A DNA stretch of 64,000 nucleotides from Octopus sinensis (taxonomy: Eukaryota), in NCBI RefSeq assembly GCF_006345805.1, contig NC_043003.1, positions 71,610,001 through 71,674,000 on the forward strand, read 5' to 3'. Of the stretch, positions 24,061-34,260 are shown piece by piece (position 1 is the first letter of the stretch; every line of letters begins with the position of its first letter). The notes under the pieces were generated by a model. It was not told the origin of the DNA. It was given only the letters and a program-made list of their open reading frames with translations, and did not search any database. Made by a program: the position numbers and the translations under genes.

Positions 24061-24254
24061 ACTGGCATCTTTCAATTCTGTCTACCAAATCCACTCACAA
24101 GGCTTTGGTCTGCCGAAGGTACCACATAGTGGGACTGAACCCAGAACCATGTGGTTGGGAAGCAAACTTCTTACCAAGCAGCCAGGTGTGTCGAAACAAT
24201 TGTTGTGATTAATAATATATTCTCGTATATTCCATTTTCTGTCTTTCATTTGTT
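23824..24254. repeat. Inverted repeat (~60-bp arms at 23824-23884 and 24191-24254) enclosing a SINE B
   Basis: taacaaatgaaagacaga..atggaatata.gagaatatattatt.atcacaacaattgtt is present in both orientations. Confidence 0.8.
23890..24186 (-). mobile_element. SINE family B with internal (TA)n
   Basis: gggttcagtcccactatg, aaagccttgtgagtggatttggtagac. Confidence 0.85.
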
Positions 24255-24285
24255 ATATATATATATATATTATATATATATATAT

Positions 24286-24288
<3 letters not shown>

Positions 24289-24338
<50 letters not shown>

Positions 24339-24380
24339 AAGATAGATAGATAGATAGATCGATAGAGAGAGAGAGAGAGA
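24289..24380. repeat. (GATA)n and (GA)n microsatellites
   Basis: Direct reading. Confidence 0.95.
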
Positions 24381-24890
24381 GAGCAGTTGTATACTGTCAA
24401 CTTAAAGTGACAGTCCAATAATGGGAATCAGAACACCACTGTTTAGCCCTAGGAAGCATCAATGCTTCCTGTCAGCTTTGACACATTTCCACCACTGCTT
24501 ACATCTCTCTGAGATATTTAGAAATTTAATATTTTTATTTTTGGTAATCAGTGAATATACTTCACTGAAAATATATATCTATGTTTATAAATTCTAGACA
24601 GGTATCTTCAGCTAGCAAGGCCATGCAAATCCAGACTGATGAGGAGCAAGACTCAGAAACATGTCTCTGGATGCAGGCCTAGCTGTTGGGGGTGCTTGTC
24701 TCTCCTTTGTAAACATAAGGACACAGGAAATGTGTCAAAGCCAACAGGAAGCATTGATGCTTCCTAGGGCTAAATAGCGGTGGTGTGATTCCTTTTATGG
24801 GACTGTCATGTTAAGTTGACAGTATACAACTGCTCTATCGTTCCACCACTGCTTATATCTCTCTGAGATATTTAGGAATTTAATATTTCT
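24380..24890. mobile_element. Non-coding hammerhead-bearing mini-element with PLE-type inverted and direct repeats
   Basis: Inverted arms 24380-24490 / 24726-24836; direct repeat 24489-24534 / 24843-24888; central hammerhead. Confidence 0.7.
24630..24671 (+). ncRNA. Minimal type I hammerhead ribozyme motif
   Basis: tccaga CTGATGA g-gag caaga ctc-a GAAA c-at-g TC tctgga; palindromic stem III acatgt; GUC site after 24665; stem I extends to cagctag (24609) / ctagctg (24685). Stem II closing pair is G.A rather than G-C. Confidence 0.8.
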
Positions 24891-24891
24891 A

Positions 24892-24932
<41 letters not shown>

Positions 24933-24963
24933 ATCAAAATAAAAACATGATGCCAAGGATTCA

Positions 24964-25041
24964 GCGGTACATATGTTTCGGGCCTTTATTAGACAGATTT
25001 ATAACAATGCATAATTTATGTCTGTGGCCTTCTTCAGCCGC
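24964..25041 (-). ncRNA. Minimal type I hammerhead ribozyme motif
   Basis: Minus strand gcgg CTGAAGA a-ggcc...ggcc-c GAAA c-atat-g TA ccgc; palindromic stem III acatatgt; long structured loop II. Confidence 0.75.
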
Positions 25042-25109
25042 GCACAACAGCTTCCACAAGGACATGTGTTACATCAAAAATTCTTGGTTGGGGATGCAAA
25101 TCCTCTCAT

Positions 25110-25215
25110 TATAAATATATATATATATATATAATATATAAATATATATATATATAAATATATATATATAAATATATATATAATATAAATATATATATAT
25201 AAATATATATATATA

Positions 25216-25251
<36 letters not shown>

Positions 25252-25272
25252 AATATATATAATATATATATA

Positions 25273-25304
<32 letters not shown>

Positions 25305-25578
25305 AATATATATATATAAAAATATATATAAATATATATATATAAATATATATATAAATATATATATATATATAATATATATATATATATAATATATATA
25401 TATAAATATAAATATATATATAAAATATAAATATATATATAAATATATATATATATAAATATAAATATATATATATAAATATAAATATATATATATATAA
25501 ATATATATATATAAATATAAATATATATATATAAATATATATATATATAATAAATATATATATATAAATATATATAAT

Positions 25579-25610
<32 letters not shown>

Positions 25611-25916
25611 AAATATATAAATTATATATATAAATATATATATAAATATATATATATAAATATATATATATAAATATATATATAAAAATATATATATAAA
25701 TATATATATAATAAATATATATATATAAATATATATATAAATATATATATAAATATATATATAAATATAATATAAAATATATATATAAATATATATATAA
25801 ATATATATATAAATATATATATATAAATATATATATATAATATATATATATAATATATATATATAAATATATATATATAAATATATATATATAAATATAT
25901 ATATAAATATATATAT
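25110..25916. repeat. ~0.8-kb A/T-only (TA)nA array
   Basis: Direct reading; no G or C. Confidence 0.97.
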
Positions 25917-27427
25917 ACATCCAAGGCTTGGGCCCCGTGCCATCCGCCCAAAAAGGGAAACAAGTCCCTTGCAGTGAATTACCGTCCGATCTCACTCACC
26001 TCTCATATCATCAAGGTATTTGAGAGGGTGGTGAGATCTCAAATAACCCAATTTCTGGAAAGCAACAGACGGCTGATCTCCAACCAACATGGGTTCCGTA
26101 ATGGAAGGGACTGCCTAACGCAGCTCCTGCATCACTTTGAGGACATTTTGAGAGCTTTGGGAGAGGGCTCCAACACCGATGTCATCTACCTTGATTTCAG
26201 TAAGGCCTTCGACAGGGTCGATCACAAGATCCTATTGAAAAAACTATCCAACATTGGTGTCTCTGGAAGTTACTGAAATGGATTAAGTGTTTCCTGACAG
26301 ACAGATCTCAACATGTTGTAGTTGAAGGGGTAAAATCAAGCCCAGCCAAAGTCAGTAGTGGCGTTCCCAAGGCACTGTGCTGGCCCACTTCTTTTCATCA
26401 TTTACATTAATGACATTAATGACATCATCAAGCACAGCAACATAAAAATCTTTGCAGATGACTCCAAGCTACAGAAGGTCATAAATGAGGCGAGTGACCG
26501 GACATGCCTTCAGTCAGATCTACTGGCTGTTATCCAATGGGCAGAAAAAAACAATATGCTGCTGAACGAGGATAAATTTGAGCTAATCCACTTTGGAAAA
26601 GAGGATGCCCTGAAACTCCCATACTCCCTTCCTTCAGGTGAAACTCTCACGGCGTCCAACAACATCAGAGACTTGGGAGTAATTGTGGACAACAACGTAA
26701 GCTGGGCCACTCATATAAACACCAAAGTTGACATGGCCCGCAGAATGTGTTCCTGGATTCTCAGAACTTTCCAGTCGAGAGATATCCACACCATTATCCT
26801 TCTCTTCTCCACTTTGCCCGACCCCACCTTGAATACTGTTGTCCACTGTGGTCTCCCCACACAATACAAGGTATCATAAAAGTCGAAGCACTCAAAGGGC
26901 AATCACAAAAAAGATAGATGGCATGACAGGCCTCGACTATTGGGGTCGACTAGAAAAGCTAAAACTCTATTCTCTCCAACGTCGTCGTGAGCGCTACACA
27001 TCATCTGCATGATGTGGAAAATATTCCATCAGCATTGCCCAAATGATGTTGGCATCACCTTTAAGGTACATCCAAGGCTTGGGCCCCGTGCCATCCGCCC
27101 AAAACAAAAATCGCACTCTCATCTCATAACAACAATACGGCACAATTATTTCACCTCAATTGGCCCCGCTCTCTTTAACATTACACCAAAACGCATTAAA
27201 ACAGAAACTGACCCTATAGGGTTCAAGAAGTCTTTGGACAGATTCCTTCAAGAAATCCCGGATAAACCCCCTACACCCGGATATGTCTCTGTAAACAATA
27301 ACTCTCTACTTGAGTGGGCCATAGTGCCCAAATTCTGACTTGAAAGACTTCACCAGGTGGTGCTATTAAGTTAGACATGGCCTGGGCCAATAATGGCCGA
27401 AACCTATCAAAGTATCAAAGTAAGTAA
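25916..27427 (+). mobile_element. 5'-truncated CR1/L2-group LINE, second family, frameshifted
   Basis: RT motifs [41 protein letters not shown] across ORFs 25974, 26358 and 27009; tail ggtggtgc..catggcc..gaaacctatcaaagtatcaaagta. Confidence 0.9.
25951..27338 (+). pseudogene. Reverse transcriptase pseudogene
   Basis: Consecutive RT segments in different frames separated by small indels. Confidence 0.88.
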
Positions 27428-28525
<1,098 letters not shown>

Positions 28526-28645
28526 AACAATCAAGGAACGGCCATAATAAGCCATTCACCCACTAGAAATAACAGCCAAAATTTCAACCGCAAATAAAAT
28601 CAATTCCGTAAACCAGGAGAAAATTTAAAAAACATTTACCCTGTA

Positions 28646-28752
28646 ATTTCTTATACGATGCACCGTTTCATCTGCTGTTTAATGGTAAACTAACCTGATT
28701 AAATTAAATCAAGCCAATCTTCCATAGGCCCTCAGATTCTTCAGTAAGAAAT
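28646..28752 (-). ncRNA. Type I hammerhead, monomer family, copy 1
   Basis: atttctta CTGAAGA atctg [58-nt loop] cagat GAAA cg-gtgcat-cg TA taagaaat. Confidence 0.8.
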
Positions 28753-29090
28753 AGCCAGTCGGAACAGATATTTTCACGAGGCATTTCCGACCCTGCCAAG
28801 GCAATATCTGACCTAAAATTTTCAAATCATCGCACTCGCGCCAAATTTATCGGCAGCAAATAAATATAAGCCGTCGATTACATTATGGAATTAACCAGAA
28901 AATTCATAATTAATCAACATAGGGTGGCAAAAAAAATTTTGTAGAATTTTTTTGCCACCAGCGGCCTAGTGGGAAAAAATTAAATAGTCATAGACCATTT
29001 TTAAGTTCAACATCAACAATCAAGGAACGGCCATAATAGGCCTTGGCAGGGTCGGAAATGCCTCGTGAAAATATCTGTTCCGACTTGGCT

Positions 29091-29197
29091 ATTTCTTACT
29101 GAAGAATCTGAGGGCCTATGGAAGATTGGCTTGATTTAATTTAATCAGGTTAGTTTACCATTAAACAGCAGATGAAACGGTGCATCGTATAAGAAAT
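29091..29197 (+). ncRNA. Type I hammerhead, monomer family, copy 2
   Basis: Perfect 8-bp stem I, 5-bp stem II, 3-bp stem III; GUA site after 29189. Confidence 0.82.
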
Positions 29198-29579
29198 TAC
29201 AGGGTAAATGTTTTTTAAATTTTCTCCTGGTTTACGGAATTGATTTTTATTTGCGGTTGAAGCTTTGGCTGTTATTTCTAGTGGGTGAATGGCCTATTAT
29301 GGCCGTTCCTTGATTGTTGATGTTGAACTTAAAAATGGTCTATGACTATTTAATTTTTTCCCACTAGGCCGCTGGTGGCAAAAAATTCTACAAAATTTTT
29401 TTTGCCACCCTATATTGATTAATTATGAATTTTCTGGTTAATTCCATAATGGAATCGACGGCTTATATTTATTTGCTGCCGATAAATTTGGCGCGAGTGC
29501 GATGATTTGAAAATTTTAGGTCAGATATTGCCTTGGCAGGGTCGGAAATGCCTCGTGAAATATCTGTTCCGACTTGGCT

Positions 29580-29686
29580 ATTTCTTACTGAAGAATCTGA
29601 GGGCCTATGGAAGATTGGCTTGATTTAATTTAATCAGGTTAGTTTACCATTAAACAGCAGATGAAACGGTGCATCGTATAAGAAAT
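29580..29686 (+). ncRNA. Type I hammerhead, monomer family, copy 3
   Basis: Identical motif 489 nt downstream; GUA site after 29678. Confidence 0.82.
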
Positions 29687-30022
29687 TACAGGGTAAATTT
29701 TTTAAATTTTCTCCTGGTTTACGGAATTGATTTTTATTTGCGGTTGAAGCTTTGGCTGTTATTTCTAGTGGGTGAATGGCCTATTATGGCCGTTCCTTGA
29801 TTGTTGATGTTGAATTTAAAATGGTCTATGACTATTTAATTTTTTCCCACTAGGCCGCTGGTGGCAAAAAAATTCTACAAAATTTTTTTTTGCCACCCTA
29901 TATTGATTAATTATATATAAATATATATAAAATATTATTAGAGACAAAACCACTATTTTGCAAAACAAACAAGGAAAGACTTAATCAATACATAAAATTT
30001 TAATAAATAGTCAAAAAAACCG

Positions 30023-30065
30023 CCACTACAATCGTTTCTTGTCTTGATCGACAATCTTCAGGTGG
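30023..30065 (-). ncRNA. Minimal type I hammerhead, left palindrome arm
   Basis: ccac CTGAAGA ttgtc gatcaa gacaa GAAA c-gatt-g TA gtgg. Confidence 0.8.
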
Positions 30066-30125
30066 ACTTCCAATAAGTCAGTTTCAAATTATGAAGTCAT
30101 AATTTGAAACTGACTTATTGGAAGT

Positions 30126-30168
30126 CCACCTGAAGATTGTCGATCAAGACAAGAAACGATTGTAGTGG
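30126..30168 (+). ncRNA. Minimal type I hammerhead, right palindrome arm
   Basis: Same motif on the plus strand. Confidence 0.8.
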
Positions 30169-30413
30169 CAGTTTTTTTGACTATTTATTAAAATTTTATG
30201 TATTGATTAAGTCTTTCCTTGTTTGTTTTGCAAAATAGTGGTTTTGTCTCTAATAATATTTTATAATATTTTACTATAAAATTGGATTTAATCCTAAATC
30301 TGATTTTTTCCCTGTAAATTTGGATTTATTCCCTAATATTTATTATAAATATATATATATATATATATATAAATAATATATATATAAATATATAATATAT
30401 ATATAAATATATA

Positions 30414-30531
30414 TTGATTGATTGATTGATTCTAGTTTCAGCTTATGAGCTGTGGCCATGCTGGGCACCGCCATTTGGTGTTGCTACTTGGTTTCACTTC
30501 ATGGAGGCTTTCTAGCAACTGCTATTTGGTG
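30414..30531 (-). mobile_element. 3' tip of the young CR1-group LINE (part of the duplicated block)
   Basis: Matches 31768-31888 apart from a 1-nt indel. Confidence 0.9.
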
Positions 30532-31260
30532 CAAATATAAGCCGTCGATTACATTATGGAATTAACCAGAAAATTCATAATTAATCAACATAGGGTGGCA
30601 AAAAAATTTTGTAGAATTTTTTTGCCACCAGCGGCCTAGTGGGAAAAATTAAATAGTCATAGACCATTTTTAAGTTCAACATCAACAATCAAGGAACGGC
30701 CATAATAGGCCTTGGCAGGGTCGGAAAAATTCTACAAAATTTTTTTTTGCCACCCTATATTGATTAATTATGAATTTTCTGGTTAATTCCATAATGGAAT
30801 CGACGGCTTATATTTATTTGCTGCCGATAAATTTGGCGCGAGTGCGATGATTTGAAAATTTTAGGTCAGATATTGCCTTGGCAGGGTCGGAAATGCCTCG
30901 TGAAAATATCTGTTCCGACTTGGCTATTTCTTACTGAAGAATCTGAGGGCCTATGGAAGATTGGCTTGATTTAATTTAATCAGGTTAGTTTACCATTAAA
31001 CAGCAGATGAAACGGTGCATCGTATAAGAAATTACAGGGTAAATGTTTTTTTAATTTTCTCCTGGTTTACGGAATTGATTTTTATTTGCGGTTGAAGCTT
31101 TGGCTGTTATTTCTAGTGGGTGAATGGCCTATTATGGCCGTTCCTTGATTGTTGATGTTGAATTTAAAAATGGTCTATGACTATTTAATTTTTTCCCACT
31201 AGGCCGCTGGTGGCAAAAAAATTCTACAAAATTTTTTTTTGCCACCCTATATTGATTAAT
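30532..31260. repeat. Second, internally deleted copy of the monomer array
   Basis: 30532-30725 matches ~28861-29056, then jumps to sequence matching ~29382-29915. Confidence 0.85.
30926..31032 (+). ncRNA. Type I hammerhead, monomer family, copy 4
   Basis: Identical motif. Confidence 0.8.
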
Positions 31261-31274
31261 TATATATAAATATA

Positions 31275-31614
31275 TATAAAATATTATTAGAGACAAAACC
31301 ACTATTTTGCAAAACAAACAAGGAAAGACTTAATCAATACATAAAATTTTAATAAATAGTCAAAAAAACCGCCACTACAATCGTTTCTTGTCTTGATCGA
31401 CAATCTTCAGGTGGACTTCCAATAAGTCAGTTTCAAATTATGAAGTCATAATTTGAAACTGACTTATTGGAAGTCCACCTGAAGATTGTCGATCAAGACA
31501 AGAAACGATTGTAGTGGCAGTTTTTTTGACTATTTATTAAAATTTTATGTATTGATTAAGTCTTTCCTTGTTTGTTTTGCAAAATAGTGGTTTTGTCTCT
31601 AATAATATTTTATA
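31275..31614. repeat. 340-bp palindrome, copy 2, with hammerheads at 31372-31414 (-) and 31475-31517 (+)
   Basis: Matches 29926-30265, including the same single mismatch. Confidence 0.93.
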
Positions 31615-31692
31615 ATATTTTACTATAAAATTGGATTTAATCCTAAATCTGATTTTTTCCCTGTAAATTTGGATTTATTCCCTAATATTTAT

Positions 31693-31760
<68 letters not shown>

Positions 31761-31767
31761 AATATAT

Positions 31768-32838
31768 ATTGATTGATTGATTGATTCTAGTTTCAGCTTA
31801 TGAGCTGTGGCCATGCTGGGGCACCGCCATTTGGTGTTGCTACTTGGTTTCACTTCATGGAGGCTTTCTAGCAACTGCTATTTGGTGCATGAGAGAATTC
31901 GATGCAGCTGCCCTCATCTGCCCCTCCTGCCGTGAAGTTGGTTCATCTGGGACACCTGACAGGAAGAGATCCAGCTTCATTTTAAAGACATCTGTATCCA
32001 CCCCATGCAGGTCTCTCAGGTTCTTCGGGAGGATATTGAAGAGCTGTGGGCCTCGGAAGCCCAGGCTATCACAGAATCTTGTCCTACATCTTGATGGCAG
32101 GTTTGGAGTCCTAGGCACCACGCAGTGGCGCCCAGTTCTGGCATTTGCGTAACTCTCGATGCCAAAGTTCAGGACACTTCCCTCCAGGATCTTCCAGATG
32201 TATATTATGGCATATCTTTCCTGCCTACGCTCCAGGGAATATAATTTTAATCTCTTGAGTCTTTCCCAGTAGCTTACATTCTGCATAGAGGCTATCTTCT
32301 TTGTGTAGCTTCGTTGGATCGCCTCAAGTTCTGTGATCAACTTGACACTGGATGGTGACCATAGCTGAGAGCAATAGTCAAAGTGGCTTAGGACAAGTGT
32401 CTTCCAGAGGACCATCATGGTTTCTTGTTCTCTTGTTCTAAAGGTTCTAAGAATCCATCCAGCCAGCCGTCTACATTTCATTGTCAGTTTAGCAACATGT
32501 ACATGAAAGGTCGCGTCATCACTCATGTGAATACCCAGGTCACGCACTGATTGTGCCTCTGGGATTGCAATCCCTCCGGGTCCAGTGTATTCATTGGGTA
32601 TTGCATTCAGTTTTGCATGCTGATAGTATAAAGCTTGAAACTTTCCAGCATTGAACTGCATGCTATTCTTTTCAGCCCACTTGTATATTTCGTCCAGCTC
32701 ACATTGCAGGTGTTTAGTGTCCTCAGGGTTCTGTATTGCCTGTGAAACTTTTGTATCATCTGCATAACTTGTGATCGTGGCTCTCTGCGTGGCTGAGGGC
32801 ATGTCTGAGAGGGCCATTATGAACAGTAGTGGTCCCAG

Positions 32839-32841
<3 letters not shown>
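31768..32841 (-). mobile_element. Young CR1/L2-group LINE, copy 2 (more 5'-truncated)
   Basis: Reverse complement of ~3768-4838 with about four substitutions seen; (CAAT)n tail; (TA)n on both flanks. Confidence 0.95.
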
Positions 32842-32921
<80 letters not shown>

Positions 32922-32929
32922 CAGAGAGA

Positions 32930-33095
32930 GAGAGTGTGGCATAGCTGTTTGGTAAGAAGTTTGCTTCCCAACCACATGGTTTTGGGTTCAGTTCCACTAC
33001 GTGTAACCTTGGCAGACCAAAGCCTTGTGAGTGGATTTGATAGACAGAAATTGAAGGATGCCTATTATATGTATATGTGTGTGTGTGTGTGTGTG
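32930..33095 (+). mobile_element. SINE family B, 5' half
   Basis: ggtaagaagtttgcttcccaaccacatggttttgggttcagt...aaagccttgtgagtggatt. Confidence 0.85.
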
Positions 33096-33099
33096 TAGT

Positions 33100-34260
33100 T
33101 GAAATTTATAGAAAAGCAAAAGATGAAGACAGATGTATGAACAACAAGCAGGTGTATTAGTTTGACGTTCTGGAAAGTGATAAAGTTTTGTATGTTTTGA
33201 GCCTATGCTCTTTTACAAAAAAGAATAAGAGACATTAAACAGAGAAAGAATAAAAAAGAACTTGTGGATTTAGTGGTCAATCATGGTGACTGATAAGGAA
33301 AAAAGTTTGAAAGGAGAGATAATAAAGTATTAGTGAACCCAAAATGAAGGTGTGCATGTGTGTGTGTATGTGAGAGTGTGTGTGTGTGTGTGTGTGGATA
33401 GGGGCTAGTGACTTTGACGTGTGTGGGTATGTGTATCTGTAATGTGTGGCTGCTCATATAGTAGTATGTGTGTGGTGACACTATTGAAGATTGTGTATGG
33501 GTGTATGGATGATGGTGTGTGGTGTAGGTGCTGGGAAGTGGTCAGTACTAGTGTGTGTGGAGTGGTGTGGGGATAGGGGTGTGGATATCAATGAAGAAAG
33601 AAGTAAGAGTGAAGAAAGGTAAGAGTGAAGAGAGGTAAGAGTGAAGAGAGGTAAGAGTGAAGAGAGGAAGTAGGTGTCAGATGAAGAGAGAAGAGGAGGG
33701 GAGTCAGATGAATAGAGGAGGTGAGTTGAGCCCATGTGGTGCAAAGGAGTGAAAAGAGAAGATTAATTTCCGTTCATGGTGAAGGTGGGAGTCTCAATGG
33801 CCCTGTGCAAAGACAGTCCAAACACTGACAGGTGTTGTAGTGAATGACCGGTAGAGCAGAAATGATGCGAGACCAGGGTGTCATTGCCAAATCTGATGTC
33901 TCAGAGGTACACTGTGAACCAATCAGCCAAGTGGTGTCCCATTTGGCTGATGTACAGAGAAGGGCAGAAAGAGTAGGAGATGCAGTACATGACATTGCTA
34001 GAAGTGCAGGTAAAGGAGTTGGTGATATGATAGGGACAATGATGGGTGCCTGTGAGGATGGTGGTGTTGGAGAGCTAGGGGCACATACAGCAGCATGGGT
34101 GGGAGCAGGGGAACTAGCCAGGCTGGGAGGTGGAGTTTTAGTGGGCTTGTGCAGGAGATTGCCTCATCCTAGGTCTTACTTGGTGTCCCTCTTCAATAAA
34201 TACTGTTGAACACTTAGAAATTTTTTTAGGCAGTAGTCATCTTTCATTCACATCTCATGT
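33100..34260 (-). mobile_element. Penelope-like element 3' fragment: GIY-YIG endonuclease remnant plus pseudo-LTR
   Basis: Minus strand SFTCTSSNVMYCIS..FCPSLYIGQ.G..LAD.F...L.DIR.GNDT.VSHHF.STGHS...ERKLIFSFHSFAPHGLN; decayed stem gagcataggctc near 33200; 16-bp tandem gtaagagtgaagagag at ~33600-33670. Confidence 0.85.

Larger units (their letters stand above)
28526..29915. mobile_element. Tandem and inverted array of a ~489-bp non-coding hammerhead-containing monomer (PLE pseudo-LTR or retrozyme-like)
   Basis: About one monomer on the minus strand (28526-29043), then about 1.8 head-to-tail monomers on plus (29041-29915); copies near-identical. Confidence 0.85.
29926..30265. repeat. 340-bp near-perfect palindrome, copy 1
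   Basis: 169-bp arms, 2-nt loop (ag, 30095-30096), one mismatch seen. Confidence 0.95.

Noticed and set aside
25069-25995. Long 289-308 aa ORFs rich in Y/I (also 4941-5390, 28318-28530 and similar)
   Set aside because: Translations of (TA)n/(CA)n microsatellites; no protein signal.
28526-31260. CRISPR-like or bacterial repeat array
   Set aside because: Units are ~489 bp with no unique spacers or cas genes; the context is eukaryotic.
31855-32997. 380-aa ORF as a full protein
   Set aside because: The N-terminus is SINE plus (TA)n read-through fused by chance to a truncated LINE RT.
33180-33230. gagcataggctc stem in the PLE pseudo-LTR as an intact hammerhead
   Set aside because: Both conserved core segments are mutated; counted only as decayed.
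33844-34209. 121-aa plus-strand ORF
   Set aside because: Antisense shadow of the PLE GIY-YIG remnant.
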